In this document: positions 28,791 to 38,661 of the stretch, one piece after another | How positions within the stretch are numbered: the stretch's first letter is position 1 | Layout: every line of letters starts with the position of its first letter | Source: Deltaproteobacteria bacterium | GTDB lineage: Bacteria > Myxococcota_A > UBA9160 > UBA6930 | Length of the DNA: 64,000 bases | NCBI GenBank assembly: GCA_031401135.1 | Contig: JANNRF010000294.1 | Span: 3,393 to 67,392 of the forward strand | Reading direction: 5' to 3' | The notes under the pieces: generated by a model | What the model saw: the letters and a program-made list of their open reading frames with translations, nothing else | What the model was told of the DNA's origin: nothing | Database searches by the model: none | Program-made: the position numbers and the translations under genes

Positions 28791-29678
28791 CTAACGCCTG
28801 CTCACGATCTCCGCCGCGCGCTCCACCTCGGCGAGTTCTGCGGTCGCAGGCACCAGGAAGCATTCCTCGCAGCCCGCAGCTTCGAGGTTGTCGAGGCCTT
28901 CGCGCACGGCGTCGGGTGTCGAGCGCGTGACCATCTTCGCCAGCGCGCGGCCCGCGGCCTCGCCGAACACGCGCGTGTATTCGTAGACATAACTACTCAG
29001 CTTCGCCTGCGCGTCGCCGCTCGCGAGGCACGACCAGAAGCCCCCGATCTTGCGCGGCGGCGTACTGCGCTTCGCTGCGCCCCACGTCTCGTCGGCGCGC
29101 GCGAGGAAGGCGGCAATCTCGTGCTTCTCGCCGTTGCCGCTCCACACGTAGACGCCGTCGGCCCACTGCGCGGCGCGCGCGAACGCCTTCGGGCCCATGA
29201 CGCCCGCGAAGATCGGCGGGCCGCCAGCGCGCGAGGTGCGCAGGCCAACCGGGTCGGCGCCCGCGAACGGCGGCTCGCCGCGCCAGATCTCGCGCATACG
29301 CGCGACCTGCTCGTCCATCTTCTGATGGCGCTTCGCGAAGCTCGCGCCCACCGCGCGGTAGTCGGCCTCGCGTCCGCCCACGCCGACGCACACTTCGACG
29401 CGGCCCGGCCCCGCGAGCGCGTCGAGCGTCGCGATCTCGTGCGCCGCGGCGACTGCGTCGTGCATCGGCAGCACGTAGAGCGTGGGCACGATGCGCACGC
29501 GCTCCGTAACAGCTGCGGCTGCGGCCATGGCCGCGCCGAGTGAGACTGTCGGGCCCGTAACACGTTCGCCGCACGAGATCGCGTCGAAGGGCCCAGCCTC
29601 GATGGCGCGCGCCCAGCCGAGCAACGTCCTGCGGTCGAGCCCGGGTTTCATGTAGGGAAGGCACACGCCGACTTTCAT
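28791..29678 (-). CDS. LLM-class (luciferase-like) flavin-dependent oxidoreductase
   Basis: ORF 28791..29927 trimmed to ATG 29676-29678 (GGAG upstream). Sequence: MKVGVCLPYM...FDAISCGERV...RVEVCVGVGGREADY. Confidence 0.8.
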   Translation of the reverse strand: MKVGVCLPYMKPGLDRRTLLGWARAIEAGPFDAISCGERVTGPTVSLGAAMAAAAAVTERVRIVPTLYVLPMHDAVAAAHEIATLDALAGPGRVEVCVGVGGREADYRAVGASFAKRHQKMDEQVARMREIWRGEPPFAGADPVGLRTSRAGGPPIFAGVMGPKAFARAAQWADGVYVWSGNGEKHEIAAFLARADETWGAAKRSTPPRKIGGFWSCLASGDAQAKLSSYVYEYTRVFGEAAGRALAKMVTRSTPDAVREGLDNLEAAGCEECFLVPATAELAEVERAAEIVSRR

Positions 29679-29883
29679 TGCGGGGCTCCATCGTTGTTGC
29701 GGCGCCCGCGCGCATCCGCGTCGTCCGCGCCCACGTCCTAGCGCGCCTGCCACCGAGCCGCGCGTGGCGAGCGACGATTGCAGTCGCGTCGCCGCGGCCG
29801 GCCTACCTCGGAAGTAATTGATTCGGCGACGAGCGCGGTGGTATCTGCTGGGTCCCGAGGAAGAACCCGGGCGGAGGACCCTC

Positions 29884-30228
29884 ATGACTGCGTTTCGTGC
29901 TTTCCTGATCGCGATCTTGCTTTGCATCGCCGTCTACACGGCCAGCGTGATCGCCAATCACGGCCTCGGCCTGCTTCCGGTCTTTTTTGGCGACATCGCG
30001 AAGATGGGCTGGCCCGGCCAGTTCAATCTCGACTTCCTGTTCATGCTGTCGCTCTCGGGCCTCTGGACCGCGTGGCGGAACGAGTTCTCGGGAGCGGGGC
30101 TGGCGCTCGCCGTGCTGGCCCTCTTCCTCGGCGCGCCGTTCCTGAGCGCCTACCTGCTCGTGCTACTCGCGCAAACCAAGGGCGACCTGCGCGTGGTGCT
30201 GCTCGGGAAGGCGCGCGCCGTGCGCTAG
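29884..30228 (+). CDS. Small integral membrane protein (hypothetical)
   Basis: ORF 29818..30228 trimmed to ATG 29884 (GGAGGA upstream). 114 aa with 3-4 hydrophobic helices. Confidence 0.6.
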   Translation: MTAFRAFLIAILLCIAVYTASVIANHGLGLLPVFFGDIAKMGWPGQFNLDFLFMLSLSGLWTAWRNEFSGAGLALAVLALFLGAPFLSAYLLVLLAQTKGDLRVVLLGKARAVR

Positions 30229-30245
30229 CCCGCCCCTCGCGCTTG

Positions 30246-31934
30246 TTACTTCGCGCGCTCCTTCGCAAGCGCGTCGCGCATCTCGCGCTTCAGGATCTTG
30301 CCCGCCGGGTTGCGCGGCAGCTGTTCGTTCTTCCAGACGACGATGCTCGGAATCTTGAAGCCGGCGATGCGCTTGGCGAGGTGCGCGCGCAGCTCCGCTT
30401 CCGCGAGCGCAGCGCCCGCGCGCAGATGAATCGCCACCGCCACTTCCTCGCCGAGCCGCTCGTGCGGCAGGCCGAACACCGCGCACTCGTACACCGCCGG
30501 GTGCTCGTAGATCGCGGCCTCCACCTCGGCGCAGTACACGTTCTCGCCCGCGCGCAGCACCATGTCCTTGGCGCGGTCTTCCACGTAGACGAAGCCTTCG
30601 TCGTCGATGCGGCCGATGTCGCCGCTGCGCAGCCAGCCATCGACGATCGTCTGCGCGGTGGCCTCGGGCTTGTTCCAGTAGCCCCTAATCAGATGCGGAC
30701 CGCGGAACCAGATCTCGCCCACCTCGCCCACGCCGAGCACGCGGTCCTCTGGGCCGGTCACGCGCACTTCGACCACCGGCACCGTGCGCCCTGAGCTGGT
30801 CGGCTTGCGCACATAATCATCGCCTGCGTTCTGCGGGCCGTAAGCGTTGGTCTCGGTCATGCCGTAGCCGATGTTCGGGCGCCCTTTGCCGCCAAAGCTC
30901 TTGTCGATGCGGTGCACGAGTTGCGGCGGAGCGGGCGCGCCGCCGCCGCCCACCGAAACCAGGCTCGAGGTGTCGTGCTTCGCGAAAGCCGGCGATTCGA
31001 GCAGATCCCACGCCATCGTGGGCACGCCGACGAAGTTCGTGACGCGCTCGCGCTCGATCAGCTCGAGCGCGCGCGCCGGCTCCCACTTGTACATCATCAC
31101 GAGCTTCGTCCCGGCCGCGAAGGAAGTGAGCATCACCGCCACGCAACCTGTTACGTGGAAGAGCGGGATGGTGAGGATGAAGCACGTGGGGTGCGACTGT
31201 TTCTCTTTGTCTTTGGGAAAGCACATCGCCTGCACGCCGGCGCGGCACGCGAACGCGCCGAGCGAAGACAGCACGGCGCGGTGCGTCGAGACGGCGCCTT
31301 TCGGGTGCCCCGTCGTTCCGGACGTGTAGAGAATCGTCGCGTCGTCGTCGTACGTGATCGCGACTTCCGGCAGCGCAGCGCCGAGTGTTACGACGTCTTC
31401 GTAGCGATCCGTGCGCGGCGGCAGCGCGGCGCCTTCACTGCGCACCGCGAGCGCGCGAATGTCGAGGCGCTCCATCGCGCCTGCAGCACGCGCGATGCGG
31501 TCGAGATCGCCGACCAGCAGCTTCGCGCCGGAGTCTTCGAGCCCGTAGGCGAGCTCGTCCGGCGTCCACCACGCGTTCAGCAGCACCGCGATGCCGCCGA
31601 CCGAGGTGATCGCCGCGAACGCAGCAATCCACTCCGGGAAGTTGCGCATGCCGATCGCGACGCGGTCGCCCTTCGCGACGCCATAATGGTTCACGAGCGC
31701 GTGCCCGATCGCGTCAACGTGTTTCGCGACGTCGCCGAAGGTCCAGCGCTCGTCCTCGTACACGATGAACTCTTGCGCGGCGCGCAGCTTCGCGAGCCCG
31801 AACAGCATGCGCATCGAAGACGGCGTGCTCTTGAACACTTTCATGCGCGTGCCGCGCACGTCCGCCTCGCTCACCTCGAACATGCCGCCGGGGCCCGTAA
31901 TCGTTGCAACCGCTTCGTCGTAACTGATCGTCAT
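30246..31934 (-). CDS. AMP-dependent synthetase/ligase (acyl-CoA synthetase family)
   Basis: 562 aa. AMP-binding motif ILYTSGTTGHPKGAV; also GYGMTET, GDIGRIDDEGFVYVEDRAKD and PRNPAGKILKRE. Confidence 0.93.
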   Translation of the reverse strand: MTISYDEAVATITGPGGMFEVSEADVRGTRMKVFKSTPSSMRMLFGLAKLRAAQEFIVYEDERWTFGDVAKHVDAIGHALVNHYGVAKGDRVAIGMRNFPEWIAAFAAITSVGGIAVLLNAWWTPDELAYGLEDSGAKLLVGDLDRIARAAGAMERLDIRALAVRSEGAALPPRTDRYEDVVTLGAALPEVAITYDDDATILYTSGTTGHPKGAVSTHRAVLSSLGAFACRAGVQAMCFPKDKEKQSHPTCFILTIPLFHVTGCVAVMLTSFAAGTKLVMMYKWEPARALELIERERVTNFVGVPTMAWDLLESPAFAKHDTSSLVSVGGGGAPAPPQLVHRIDKSFGGKGRPNIGYGMTETNAYGPQNAGDDYVRKPTSSGRTVPVVEVRVTGPEDRVLGVGEVGEIWFRGPHLIRGYWNKPEATAQTIVDGWLRSGDIGRIDDEGFVYVEDRAKDMVLRAGENVYCAEVEAAIYEHPAVYECAVFGLPHERLGEEVAVAIHLRAGAALAEAELRAHLAKRIAGFKIPSIVVWKNEQLPRNPAGKILKREMRDALAKERAK

Positions 31935-31989
31935 GGCTCGTCCTCCGCCGCGAAGCGAGGCACTCTAGCCTGCGCCCAGAAAGGTCGAC

Positions 31990-32580
31990 GTGCCCCGACT
32001 CGCTCTCGCGCTTTATGCCCTCTACTTCGCGCTCGCGTTCGGCTGGCGCACTTGGCTTCAGCTGCGGCGCACCGGTTCGAGCGGGTTCGTGGGAATCTCG
32101 CGCGCCGGTGTGCTCGAACGGCTGGGCGGCGCGCTGCTGATCGTGTCACTCGTGCTCGGCGTGCTCTCTCCGCTCGCGGAATTAAACGGATCCGCTGCGT
32201 TGCTCGCGCCGCCGCTGCTCGCGCCAGGCGCCGCGCTCTACGCCCTCGGCCTCGCACTCACCCTCGCAGCGCAACTCCAGATGGGCGTCTCCTGGCGAAT
32301 CGGCGTCGACCCGTCCGAGAAGACGGGCCTGGTGACCGCGGGACCGTTCGCGCTTGCGCGCAACCCGATCTTCTCAGGGATGATCGCGGTCGCGCTCGGG
32401 CTTCTGCTGCTCGTGCCGAACGTATTCGCGCTGCTCGCCGTCGCCGCGCTCGTGACCGGCGTCGAGATCCAAGTGCGCCTCGTAGAAGAGCCGTACTTGG
32501 TGAAGCAGCACGGCGACGTCTACCTGTCTTGGGCTCGCCGCACCGGACGCTTCGTCCCCGGTCTCGGGCTGCTTCCCTAA
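31990..32580 (+). CDS. Isoprenylcysteine carboxyl methyltransferase (ICMT)/phospholipid methyltransferase family membrane protein
   Basis: 196 aa, GTG start, multi-TM. Sequence: LVTAGPFALARNPIFSGM...EEPYLVKQHGDVYLSW. Confidence 0.8.
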   Translation: MPRLALALYALYFALAFGWRTWLQLRRTGSSGFVGISRAGVLERLGGALLIVSLVLGVLSPLAELNGSAALLAPPLLAPGAALYALGLALTLAAQLQMGVSWRIGVDPSEKTGLVTAGPFALARNPIFSGMIAVALGLLLLVPNVFALLAVAALVTGVEIQVRLVEEPYLVKQHGDVYLSWARRTGRFVPGLGLLP

Positions 32581-32594
32581 TTCCCGGAGAATCC

Positions 32595-33482
32595 ATGAAA
32601 CGCTTCTCGTTGCTCGCGCTCGCACTGCTCGTCTTCACGGCCTGCGGCCGCGGCGATCTCTACGCCGGCATGCCGGACCACGTGAAGAAGCGCCACCTGG
32701 CCCTCGAAGGCGCGCCGAACTTCCGCGATCTCGGCGGCTACGCGACGGCCGACGGCCGCACGCTGAAGTGGGGCACGTTCTTCCGCTCCGACAACCTCGC
32801 GCACCTAACAGATGAAGACCTCGCGAGCGTGAGCGCACTCGGCGTGAAGCTCGTCTGCGACTTTCGCTCCGAGCCCGAGAAGGCGGCGGATCCCGATCGC
32901 CTGCCCGCAGTGAATCCGCCAGCCGTCGCCGCGTTCCCGATCGGCGCCGAGAGCTTCATGGTGAAGGACCTACGCGAGCGCATCTCATCCGGCGATCTCG
33001 AAGGCCTCGACCTGCGCGCGATGATGATCGAAGGCAACCGCCAGTTCGCAACGACGTTCGCCCCGCAGTACGCCGCGATGTTCGAGCGCATCACGAAACC
33101 TGAGAACTTGCCCGCGCTCGTGCACTGCACCGCCGGGAAGGATCGCGCGGGCTTCGCTTCGGCGATGATCCTCTCGGTGCTCGGCGTTCCGCGCGAAACG
33201 GTGATGGCAGATTTCCTGCTGACGAACCACTACACCGCCGCGGCCACCGAGAAGCGGCTGCGCATGATCAAGCTGTTCTCGCTGTTCCGCGCCGATACCG
33301 ACGCGCTGCGCCCGCTGTTTGGCGTCGAGCCGGCGTATCTCGAAGCTGCCTTCGAGGCGATCGCCACGGCGCACGGCGATTTCGACACGTACCGCCGCAG
33401 CGCGCTCGGCCTCGACGACGCGGAGCTTGCGGCGTTCCGCGCGCTCGCGCTGGAGCAAGCGGCGCCTCGCCGCGCGCAGTGA
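32595..33482 (+). CDS. Tyrosine-protein phosphatase (Y_phosphatase3-like), secreted/lipoprotein
   Basis: Last 295 aa of ORF 30912..33482, from ATG 32595 (GGAGA upstream). Signal peptide ending in Cys (LLVFTAC). CX5R active site HCTAGKDRAG. Confidence 0.88.
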   Translation: MKRFSLLALALLVFTACGRGDLYAGMPDHVKKRHLALEGAPNFRDLGGYATADGRTLKWGTFFRSDNLAHLTDEDLASVSALGVKLVCDFRSEPEKAADPDRLPAVNPPAVAAFPIGAESFMVKDLRERISSGDLEGLDLRAMMIEGNRQFATTFAPQYAAMFERITKPENLPALVHCTAGKDRAGFASAMILSVLGVPRETVMADFLLTNHYTAAATEKRLRMIKLFSLFRADTDALRPLFGVEPAYLEAAFEAIATAHGDFDTYRRSALGLDDAELAAFRALALEQAAPRRAQ

Positions 33483-33499
33483 GCCGAAGGCGAGCGGAG
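33454..33499 (-). repeat. 46-bp GC-rich repeat, copy R3 (reverse orientation, spans the phosphatase stop codon)
   Basis: The reverse complement reads CTCCGCTCGCCTTCGGCTCACTGCGCGCGGCGAGGCGCCGCTTGCT. 41/46 identical to R2. Confidence 0.85.
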
Positions 33500-33594
33500 A
33501 TCGAACAGTGGCCTCCGCGCCGGCTGCGCCCCGATGCCCGCGTTCCCGCGACGCCTGTCGCCAGCAAGCGGCGCTTCGCCGCGCGCAGCGCGCG

Positions 33595-35559
33595 CTACTT
33601 CGCGCTCGCCGCCGCGCGCAGCGAGAGCAACGCCGAGTTATCAGGTTCGCGCGCGAGCGCCGCGGCGATCCGCGTGAGCGCGGCTTCGCGGTAGCCGCCC
33701 TCGATCTCCCCGGCCGCCAGCGCAACGCTTGCCTCGAGGCTCGCGAGTTCGTCCGCAGGCAGCTGGGAGAGCAACTGTTTCGCGGCATCCGCATTGCCCG
33801 CAGAGAAACGCAGCGCCGCGAGACGCCAGTGCCCAGGCATGCTGCCTTCGCGCGCCGCGATCGCGGCCTCGTAGGCGCGCGCCGCGCAGGCATCATCGCC
33901 GCGCGCGATGCACAGGTCGCCGCGCGCGAGATGCGGATCCGAGTCGCTCGGGTCGGCTTCGGTCGCGCGCCGGAACGCGGCTTCAGCCTCGGCGAGCTTG
34001 CCTTGGGCGGCGAGCGCGCGACCGAGGGCAACCCAACAATCCGAGTAACTCGCCGCGATGGCCGCGCAAGCACGCGCATAGCTCTCCGCCTTCGCGAAAA
34101 CGCCGGCGTGCAGCGCAGCGAGCGAGCGCTCCGCCGAGATGAAGGCGCCGTCGCCGGGAAACGCCTCGAGCCGCGCGAGCGCGCCGGCATGATCGCGCGC
34201 GCCGATGAGAGCGTGCGCGATCTCGAGATCCACCAAGCGCGCGACCACGTCCTTCGGATCGATCCCCCCCACCGCGAGATCGAGTTCGCGCGTGGGCGCG
34301 GCGACCGCGTAGCCGAGGCTCTCGAGCTGCGCGCGCTCGGCAGCCGCGGGCGCCGGGATCCATGCGAGCGCCCGGGCGCCTTTGTGCGCGAGATCGATCT
34401 CGCGTTCGAGTTCCGCGACCACGCCCGGCTCTTTCCCTGAGAGGTCGCTGCGCTCGCCCGGGTCGACAAGCACGTCGTAGAGCTCGGGCCGCGGCGCGCG
34501 GATGTATTTCCACCGCTCAGTGCGCACGCCGTAGAGCGGGCTCCAGCCTTGGTTGATGCGCGCGTCGATCGTCTCGACGTAGGCCACGCGTCCGCCGCGG
34601 TCGCGCCCGCGCAGCGCGCCTGATAAGTCGGTGCCGTCCGCTTCGCGTAGCGCATCGGCGCCGGCGAGCGCGAGCACAGTGGGCGCGACATCAGCGAGCC
34701 GCACCACGTTCGGCACGACAGTTCCCGGGGCGACGCCCGGGCCAGCGACGATCAGCGGGATGCGCTGGGTGGCGTCGTAGAGCGTGAAGCTATGAAACGG
34801 CTCGCCGTGTTCCGCGAGGCCCTCGCCGTGATCGGCAGTAATGACTACGAGCGTCTTGCCGTCTTGAAAGCGCGCAGCGAGGCCGTCGAGCAGGCGGCGA
34901 ACCTGGGCGTCGGTGTACGCGATCTCCGAGCGGTAAGGGTCGCCGAACACGCGATCCTTCCATTCGGGGGGCGGGTCGTAATTGGCGTGCGGGTCGTAGA
35001 GGTGCACCCAGGCAAAGAAACGTGGCGGCGCCTCCGCGATCCACGCCAGCGCCGCGTCGACCACCGCCTCAGCGCGCCGCTCGGCGTAGCCGCCGTTGCC
35101 GGCGGCGTGGCGCAGCGACATCTGGTCGTCGTAATGACTGAAGCCGCGATCGAGCCCGTAGTGGCGATCGAGCACGATCGCGCCGACGAAGGCCGCGGTG
35201 GCGAAGCCCGCGCTCTGCATGCGCTCGGCGAGCGTCGGAATCTCGGCGGGCAGCGCGAAGCTGCCGTTCGCGCGCACGCCGTGCTGCGGCGGCTGGAGGC
35301 CGGTCATTAGGGTCGCGTGCGCCGGCAACGTGAGCGGCACCGGCGAGATCGCGGCGTCGAAGCGCGCGCCGGAGGCCGCGAGCGCGTCGAGCGTGGGGGT
35401 GCGCGCCTTGGCGTCGCCGTACGCGCCGACGTGATCGGCGCGCAACGTGTCGATCGTGACGAGCAGCACGCGCTCCGGCCGCGGCTCGCGCGAGCAAGCG
35501 GCAAACAGCGCGCACGCGAGCAGCGCGAATGCTCGCGGTGCGCGGGAGCCCGGCGTCAC
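33595..35559 (-). CDS. Sulfatase-like hydrolase/transferase (alkaline-phosphatase superfamily) with C-terminal TPR repeats
   Basis: 654 aa with signal peptide. Sequence: LLVTIDTLRADHVGAYG...PVPLTLPAHATLMTG...VVITADHGE. The C-terminal half is TPR-like. Confidence 0.88.
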   Translation of the reverse strand: MTPGSRAPRAFALLACALFAACSREPRPERVLLVTIDTLRADHVGAYGDAKARTPTLDALAASGARFDAAISPVPLTLPAHATLMTGLQPPQHGVRANGSFALPAEIPTLAERMQSAGFATAAFVGAIVLDRHYGLDRGFSHYDDQMSLRHAAGNGGYAERRAEAVVDAALAWIAEAPPRFFAWVHLYDPHANYDPPPEWKDRVFGDPYRSEIAYTDAQVRRLLDGLAARFQDGKTLVVITADHGEGLAEHGEPFHSFTLYDATQRIPLIVAGPGVAPGTVVPNVVRLADVAPTVLALAGADALREADGTDLSGALRGRDRGGRVAYVETIDARINQGWSPLYGVRTERWKYIRAPRPELYDVLVDPGERSDLSGKEPGVVAELEREIDLAHKGARALAWIPAPAAAERAQLESLGYAVAAPTRELDLAVGGIDPKDVVARLVDLEIAHALIGARDHAGALARLEAFPGDGAFISAERSLAALHAGVFAKAESYARACAAIAASYSDCWVALGRALAAQGKLAEAEAAFRRATEADPSDSDPHLARGDLCIARGDDACAARAYEAAIAAREGSMPGHWRLAALRFSAGNADAAKQLLSQLPADELASLEASVALAAGEIEGGYREAALTRIAAALAREPDNSALLSLRAAASAK

Positions 35560-36836
35560 CCCGGCGGCCCCGCGCCCATCGCCGAGAGCACGTTCGCGCG
35601 CGAGCCGAGCGTGTGCGCGATGCCTGATAAGAACGAGAACACGCGGCCGACCAGCACGAAATCGCTCGGCACGCGCACCACCGGGTCTTCGCGGATCGCT
35701 TCGAACAACTCGTCGGTCATCTCTTCGGTGAACTCGCCCTCGAAAGTGCCCGTGCGGCTGCGCGACATCATGCGCCTCGCGATCAACAGGAACGTGTTGC
35801 GGTCGCCGGTCTTGGTTTCGAAGCCGAGCTCGCTGAACGCCCTGACCATCGCCGCTTCGTTCATCGTCATCATCGAGAACATCAGCTCGAACAGGCCGAG
35901 GCCGTAGCCGTCGGGCAGCTCCTTCGAGAGCCCGAAATCGAGCACGATCAGCCGGCCCTCCCGCGTAACCATTAGGTTGCCGGGATGCGGATCGGCTTGG
36001 AAGAACCCGGCCGCGAGGATCATGCGCACGTAGACGCGCATCAGATCTTGCACCACGTCAGCCGGGTCGAGGCCGGCGGCCTCGAGCGCGACCTTGTCCG
36101 TGACTTTCATGCCCGAGACACGTTCCATCACCATCACGCGCGTGGTCGAGAACTCGTGATGCACGCGCGGGATCCAGACGCGCGGGTCATCGGAGAACAG
36201 CGTGCGCACGCGATCCGCCGAGATCGCTTCGCGCCGCATGTCGAGCTCCATGCCGATGTGCACAGTCAGCTCTCGCAGCAGCGGCAGCAGCTCCAGCGGC
36301 TGCGGATCAAAGCGCTCGTAGATGCGGCAGGCGCGCTCCATGTTGCGCAGATCCGTGCGCACGATGTCCTCGATGTCCGGGTACTGCACCTTCACCGCGA
36401 CTTCTTCGCCTGATAACAGGCGCGCGGCGTGCACCTGCGCGAGCGAGGCGGAGGCGATCGGCGTCTCCGAGAACTCCGCGAACAGCGCTCCGAGCGGCTT
36501 GCCGAGTTCGCGCTCGACCGCTTCGCGCACCACTGCGAAAGGCTTCGCGGGCACCGCGTCGTGGCACTTCTTCAGCTCCTCCACGAACTCGGGCGGGAAG
36601 ACGTCGGCGCGCGTCGCAATCGCCTGACACATCTTGATGATTACGCCGCGCATCGTGAGCGCGCGGTGCAGGATCCAGCTCGCCGCGATTTCGTGGCGAC
36701 GGCGCTTGGTGGCCTCGTCGGGTTCGCCGAGCCGCAGCAGCCTGCGCGCATACTCGGGGAGCTTGTAATGCGCCCACAGCCGCGCCGCGAGCGCGCCCAC
36801 CATCAGCGTGCGGTGAACTCGCGTGAGCGGGTGCAT
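35556..36836 (-). CDS. ABC1/UbiB (AarF) atypical kinase family protein
   Basis: ORF 35556..37046 trimmed to ATG 36834-36836. Sequence: FSETPIASASLAQVHAARL..GEEVAVKVQYPDI...QADPHPGNLMV...LDFG. 4-bp overlap with the downstream sulfatase gene. Confidence 0.9.
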   Translation of the reverse strand: MHPLTRVHRTLMVGALAARLWAHYKLPEYARRLLRLGEPDEATKRRRHEIAASWILHRALTMRGVIIKMCQAIATRADVFPPEFVEELKKCHDAVPAKPFAVVREAVERELGKPLGALFAEFSETPIASASLAQVHAARLLSGEEVAVKVQYPDIEDIVRTDLRNMERACRIYERFDPQPLELLPLLRELTVHIGMELDMRREAISADRVRTLFSDDPRVWIPRVHHEFSTTRVMVMERVSGMKVTDKVALEAAGLDPADVVQDLMRVYVRMILAAGFFQADPHPGNLMVTREGRLIVLDFGLSKELPDGYGLGLFELMFSMMTMNEAAMVRAFSELGFETKTGDRNTFLLIARRMMSRSRTGTFEGEFTEEMTDELFEAIREDPVVRVPSDFVLVGRVFSFLSGIAHTLGSRANVLSAMGAGPPG

Positions 36837-36852
36837 GAAGGGCTCGCCGCGC

Positions 36853-37935
36853 CTAAGCCGCGAGCGGCTCGAAGCCCGTGCGCTCCGGCAGCGTGAAGCT
36901 CGATTCGAGCGCGTCGAACTGCTCGAGCAGAGCGGCCGGCTGCGCCGCTGCCTGCATCGCCTCGGTAAGGCTCGCGCGCACATCTTCGCGCTGATCGCGC
37001 GGGCGGTCGCGCGTGACGGCACGCAGCACGCGGTGCAACAGTGCATCGACGACCACGCGCCCCGCGATCGTCTTGCCGTCCACGGTGCGCAGCGTGCGCG
37101 CGCGCACCTCCGAGAGCGCAGTTCTCAGGTATTCGACGTGCGGGCTCTCGTCGCTCCGGATGTTACGGACCATGTCTCCAGCTTCCTGCGGCGCAGCGGA
37201 AACCTCGGGGTCCGAGAGCAGCCGTACGCCCCAATCGAAGGTTCCCTCTGCGAACACTTCGACCACTAACACCTGGGCGATCATCGCGAGCATGCGCTCG
37301 AGCGTTTCATCGAGCATCGGAAACGGGCGCTCGGGCGCGGCGCCCCGGCGGCCGTTCCTGCCCATCATGCGCATCATCACATCGGCGGGAATCTTCGGCT
37401 TCTCGAGCGCGAGATCGCGCGCGGCTTCCCACATCTGTTTGTGGCCGCCCTCTTCGCGCCAGCCCGCTTCGTCGCGCGCGTGCGCCTCGAACAGCCCGCG
37501 GCCGAGGTGATCGAGCGCCGTCCCGGTGAGCGGCTCGACCACGAGCTCGTCGAGCTTGGGCACGCGCACGTCACGAATGATCGCGCCGAAGCCCTCGACG
37601 ATGGAGATGATCGTGAGCGTGCGCACGATCGGGTCGCGCACACCGTTTTTCAGTAACAGCTTCGCCTGCGCGACGTTCGGATACTGCGGCGGCATTAGCG
37701 CGCGCGGAATCTCGACGAGCGCGTCACCTTCGCGCAGCAGCCTCGCTTGCCACGCGGCGACTGCCGGGCCGCGGTGCACCGTGCGCGGCGAGCGGTAGGC
37801 GCCGCTCGCGTCGAAGCCGCCGTGGCAACGCACACCGCCGGCGATCAGCGGCGCCTGATAAGCGCCGGAATCGAGGATCTCGGCTTCGCTGAAGGTGAGA
37901 CGGCCGGGGTCGAGAGCGAGCGCAGCGTTAGTCAT
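36853..37935 (-). CDS. Hypothetical protein with ferritin-like / di-iron-carboxylate-like motifs
   Basis: C-terminal 360 aa of ORF 36853..38265, from ATG 37933-37935 (AGGAAG upstream). Helical protein with spaced acidic/His motifs: IVEGFGA, EAHARDEAGW, VVEVFAEG, RSDESPHVEYL. No family confidently recognised. Confidence 0.6.
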   Translation of the reverse strand: MTNAALALDPGRLTFSEAEILDSGAYQAPLIAGGVRCHGGFDASGAYRSPRTVHRGPAVAAWQARLLREGDALVEIPRALMPPQYPNVAQAKLLLKNGVRDPIVRTLTIISIVEGFGAIIRDVRVPKLDELVVEPLTGTALDHLGRGLFEAHARDEAGWREEGGHKQMWEAARDLALEKPKIPADVMMRMMGRNGRRGAAPERPFPMLDETLERMLAMIAQVLVVEVFAEGTFDWGVRLLSDPEVSAAPQEAGDMVRNIRSDESPHVEYLRTALSEVRARTLRTVDGKTIAGRVVVDALLHRVLRAVTRDRPRDQREDVRASLTEAMQAAAQPAALLEQFDALESSFTLPERTGFEPLAA

Positions 37936-37970
37936 GGTGCTTCCTGCATCGGGGGCGCGAAGGGCGCAAG

Positions 37971-38265
37971 TTAGCCGCGCTTCGGGCGAGCGGGCTGCTG
38001 GGCGGAGTGCCAGACCGCGAGAATCACCGGCTCGCCCCGGAGAACGCGGTAGAAGAATCGGTAGGGTGGGACGATTACCTCGCGCAACCCGCGGTTTGGG
38101 AATTTCCGCCAGCCTGCGTCCTGACCTCGGAAAGGGCGCGAGCCGTTCCAGGGCGCGCTCTGCGCGGTGGCGGAATGCGACGGCAGCTGCTGGGTTGGCG
38201 AGATGAATGTGCGCGAGCGCGGCGAAGAATTGCGCCTCCGCACGGCGAGTGAACGACGGGGTCAC
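37971..38265 (-). pseudogene. parE: ParE/RelE-family toxin interrupted by a frameshift
   Basis: The N-terminal 50-55 aa run from GTG 38265 in one frame: MTPSFTRRAEAQFFAALAHIHLANPAAAVAFRHRAERALERLAPFPRSGRRLAE. The C-terminus is in another frame (ORF 37971..38243): FPNRGLREVIVPPYRFFYRVLRGEPVILAVWHSAQ. Dropping one A from the AAA run (plus-strand TTT 38095-38097) restores a contiguous ParE-like protein. Confidence 0.75.
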
Positions 38266-38531
38266 CTCGTCAGACGCTTCAGCACCTTGTCGGCTCTCGC
38301 GAAAACCTGCTCGAACGGAACGGTCTTCCCCGCCAGGGCTTCGCGTTCACCCTGCATGATCGAGAGAAGCATCTCCCAATCGCGGTGAGCCTTCGAGCTG
38401 AGCAGAGTGCCCCTGGGCTTCCCCCGTTCCGTGACGACGATCGGTTGGTTCGAGGCCTCTGCCCGCTTCAGGATGCGGGCAGGGCTCGCTCGCAACTCGC
38501 TCATCGTCACGGCATTCTTGCTCTTCGTCAT
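38262..38531 (-). CDS. Phd/YefM-type antitoxin
   Basis: C-terminal 89 aa of ORF 38262..39557, from ATG 38529-38531. Sequence: MSELRASPARILKRAEASNQPIVVTERGKPRGTLLS. The TGA stop overlaps the toxin GTG (GTGA). Confidence 0.8.
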   Translation of the reverse strand: MTKSKNAVTMSELRASPARILKRAEASNQPIVVTERGKPRGTLLSSKAHRDWEMLLSIMQGEREALAGKTVPFEQVFARADKVLKRLTR

Positions 38532-38661
38532 CGCCGTTCCACGGGGTGATCGGCGCAAGGTATCGGGAGCCGGAGCACGAGCCAGTGCGATGATGCGTCC
38601 GGAACCGATCGTTGGCGGAACGTTGCAGCGCACGCGGCCAGCCGAGTGCTGGTTCAATGGA

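Noticed and set aside
30912-33482. 856-aa ORF that looks like one very large gene.
   Set aside because: Only the last 295 aa, from ATG 32595 with an RBS and signal peptide, form a coherent tyrosine phosphatase. The upstream part is antisense to the acyl-CoA synthetase and overlaps the ICMT-like gene.
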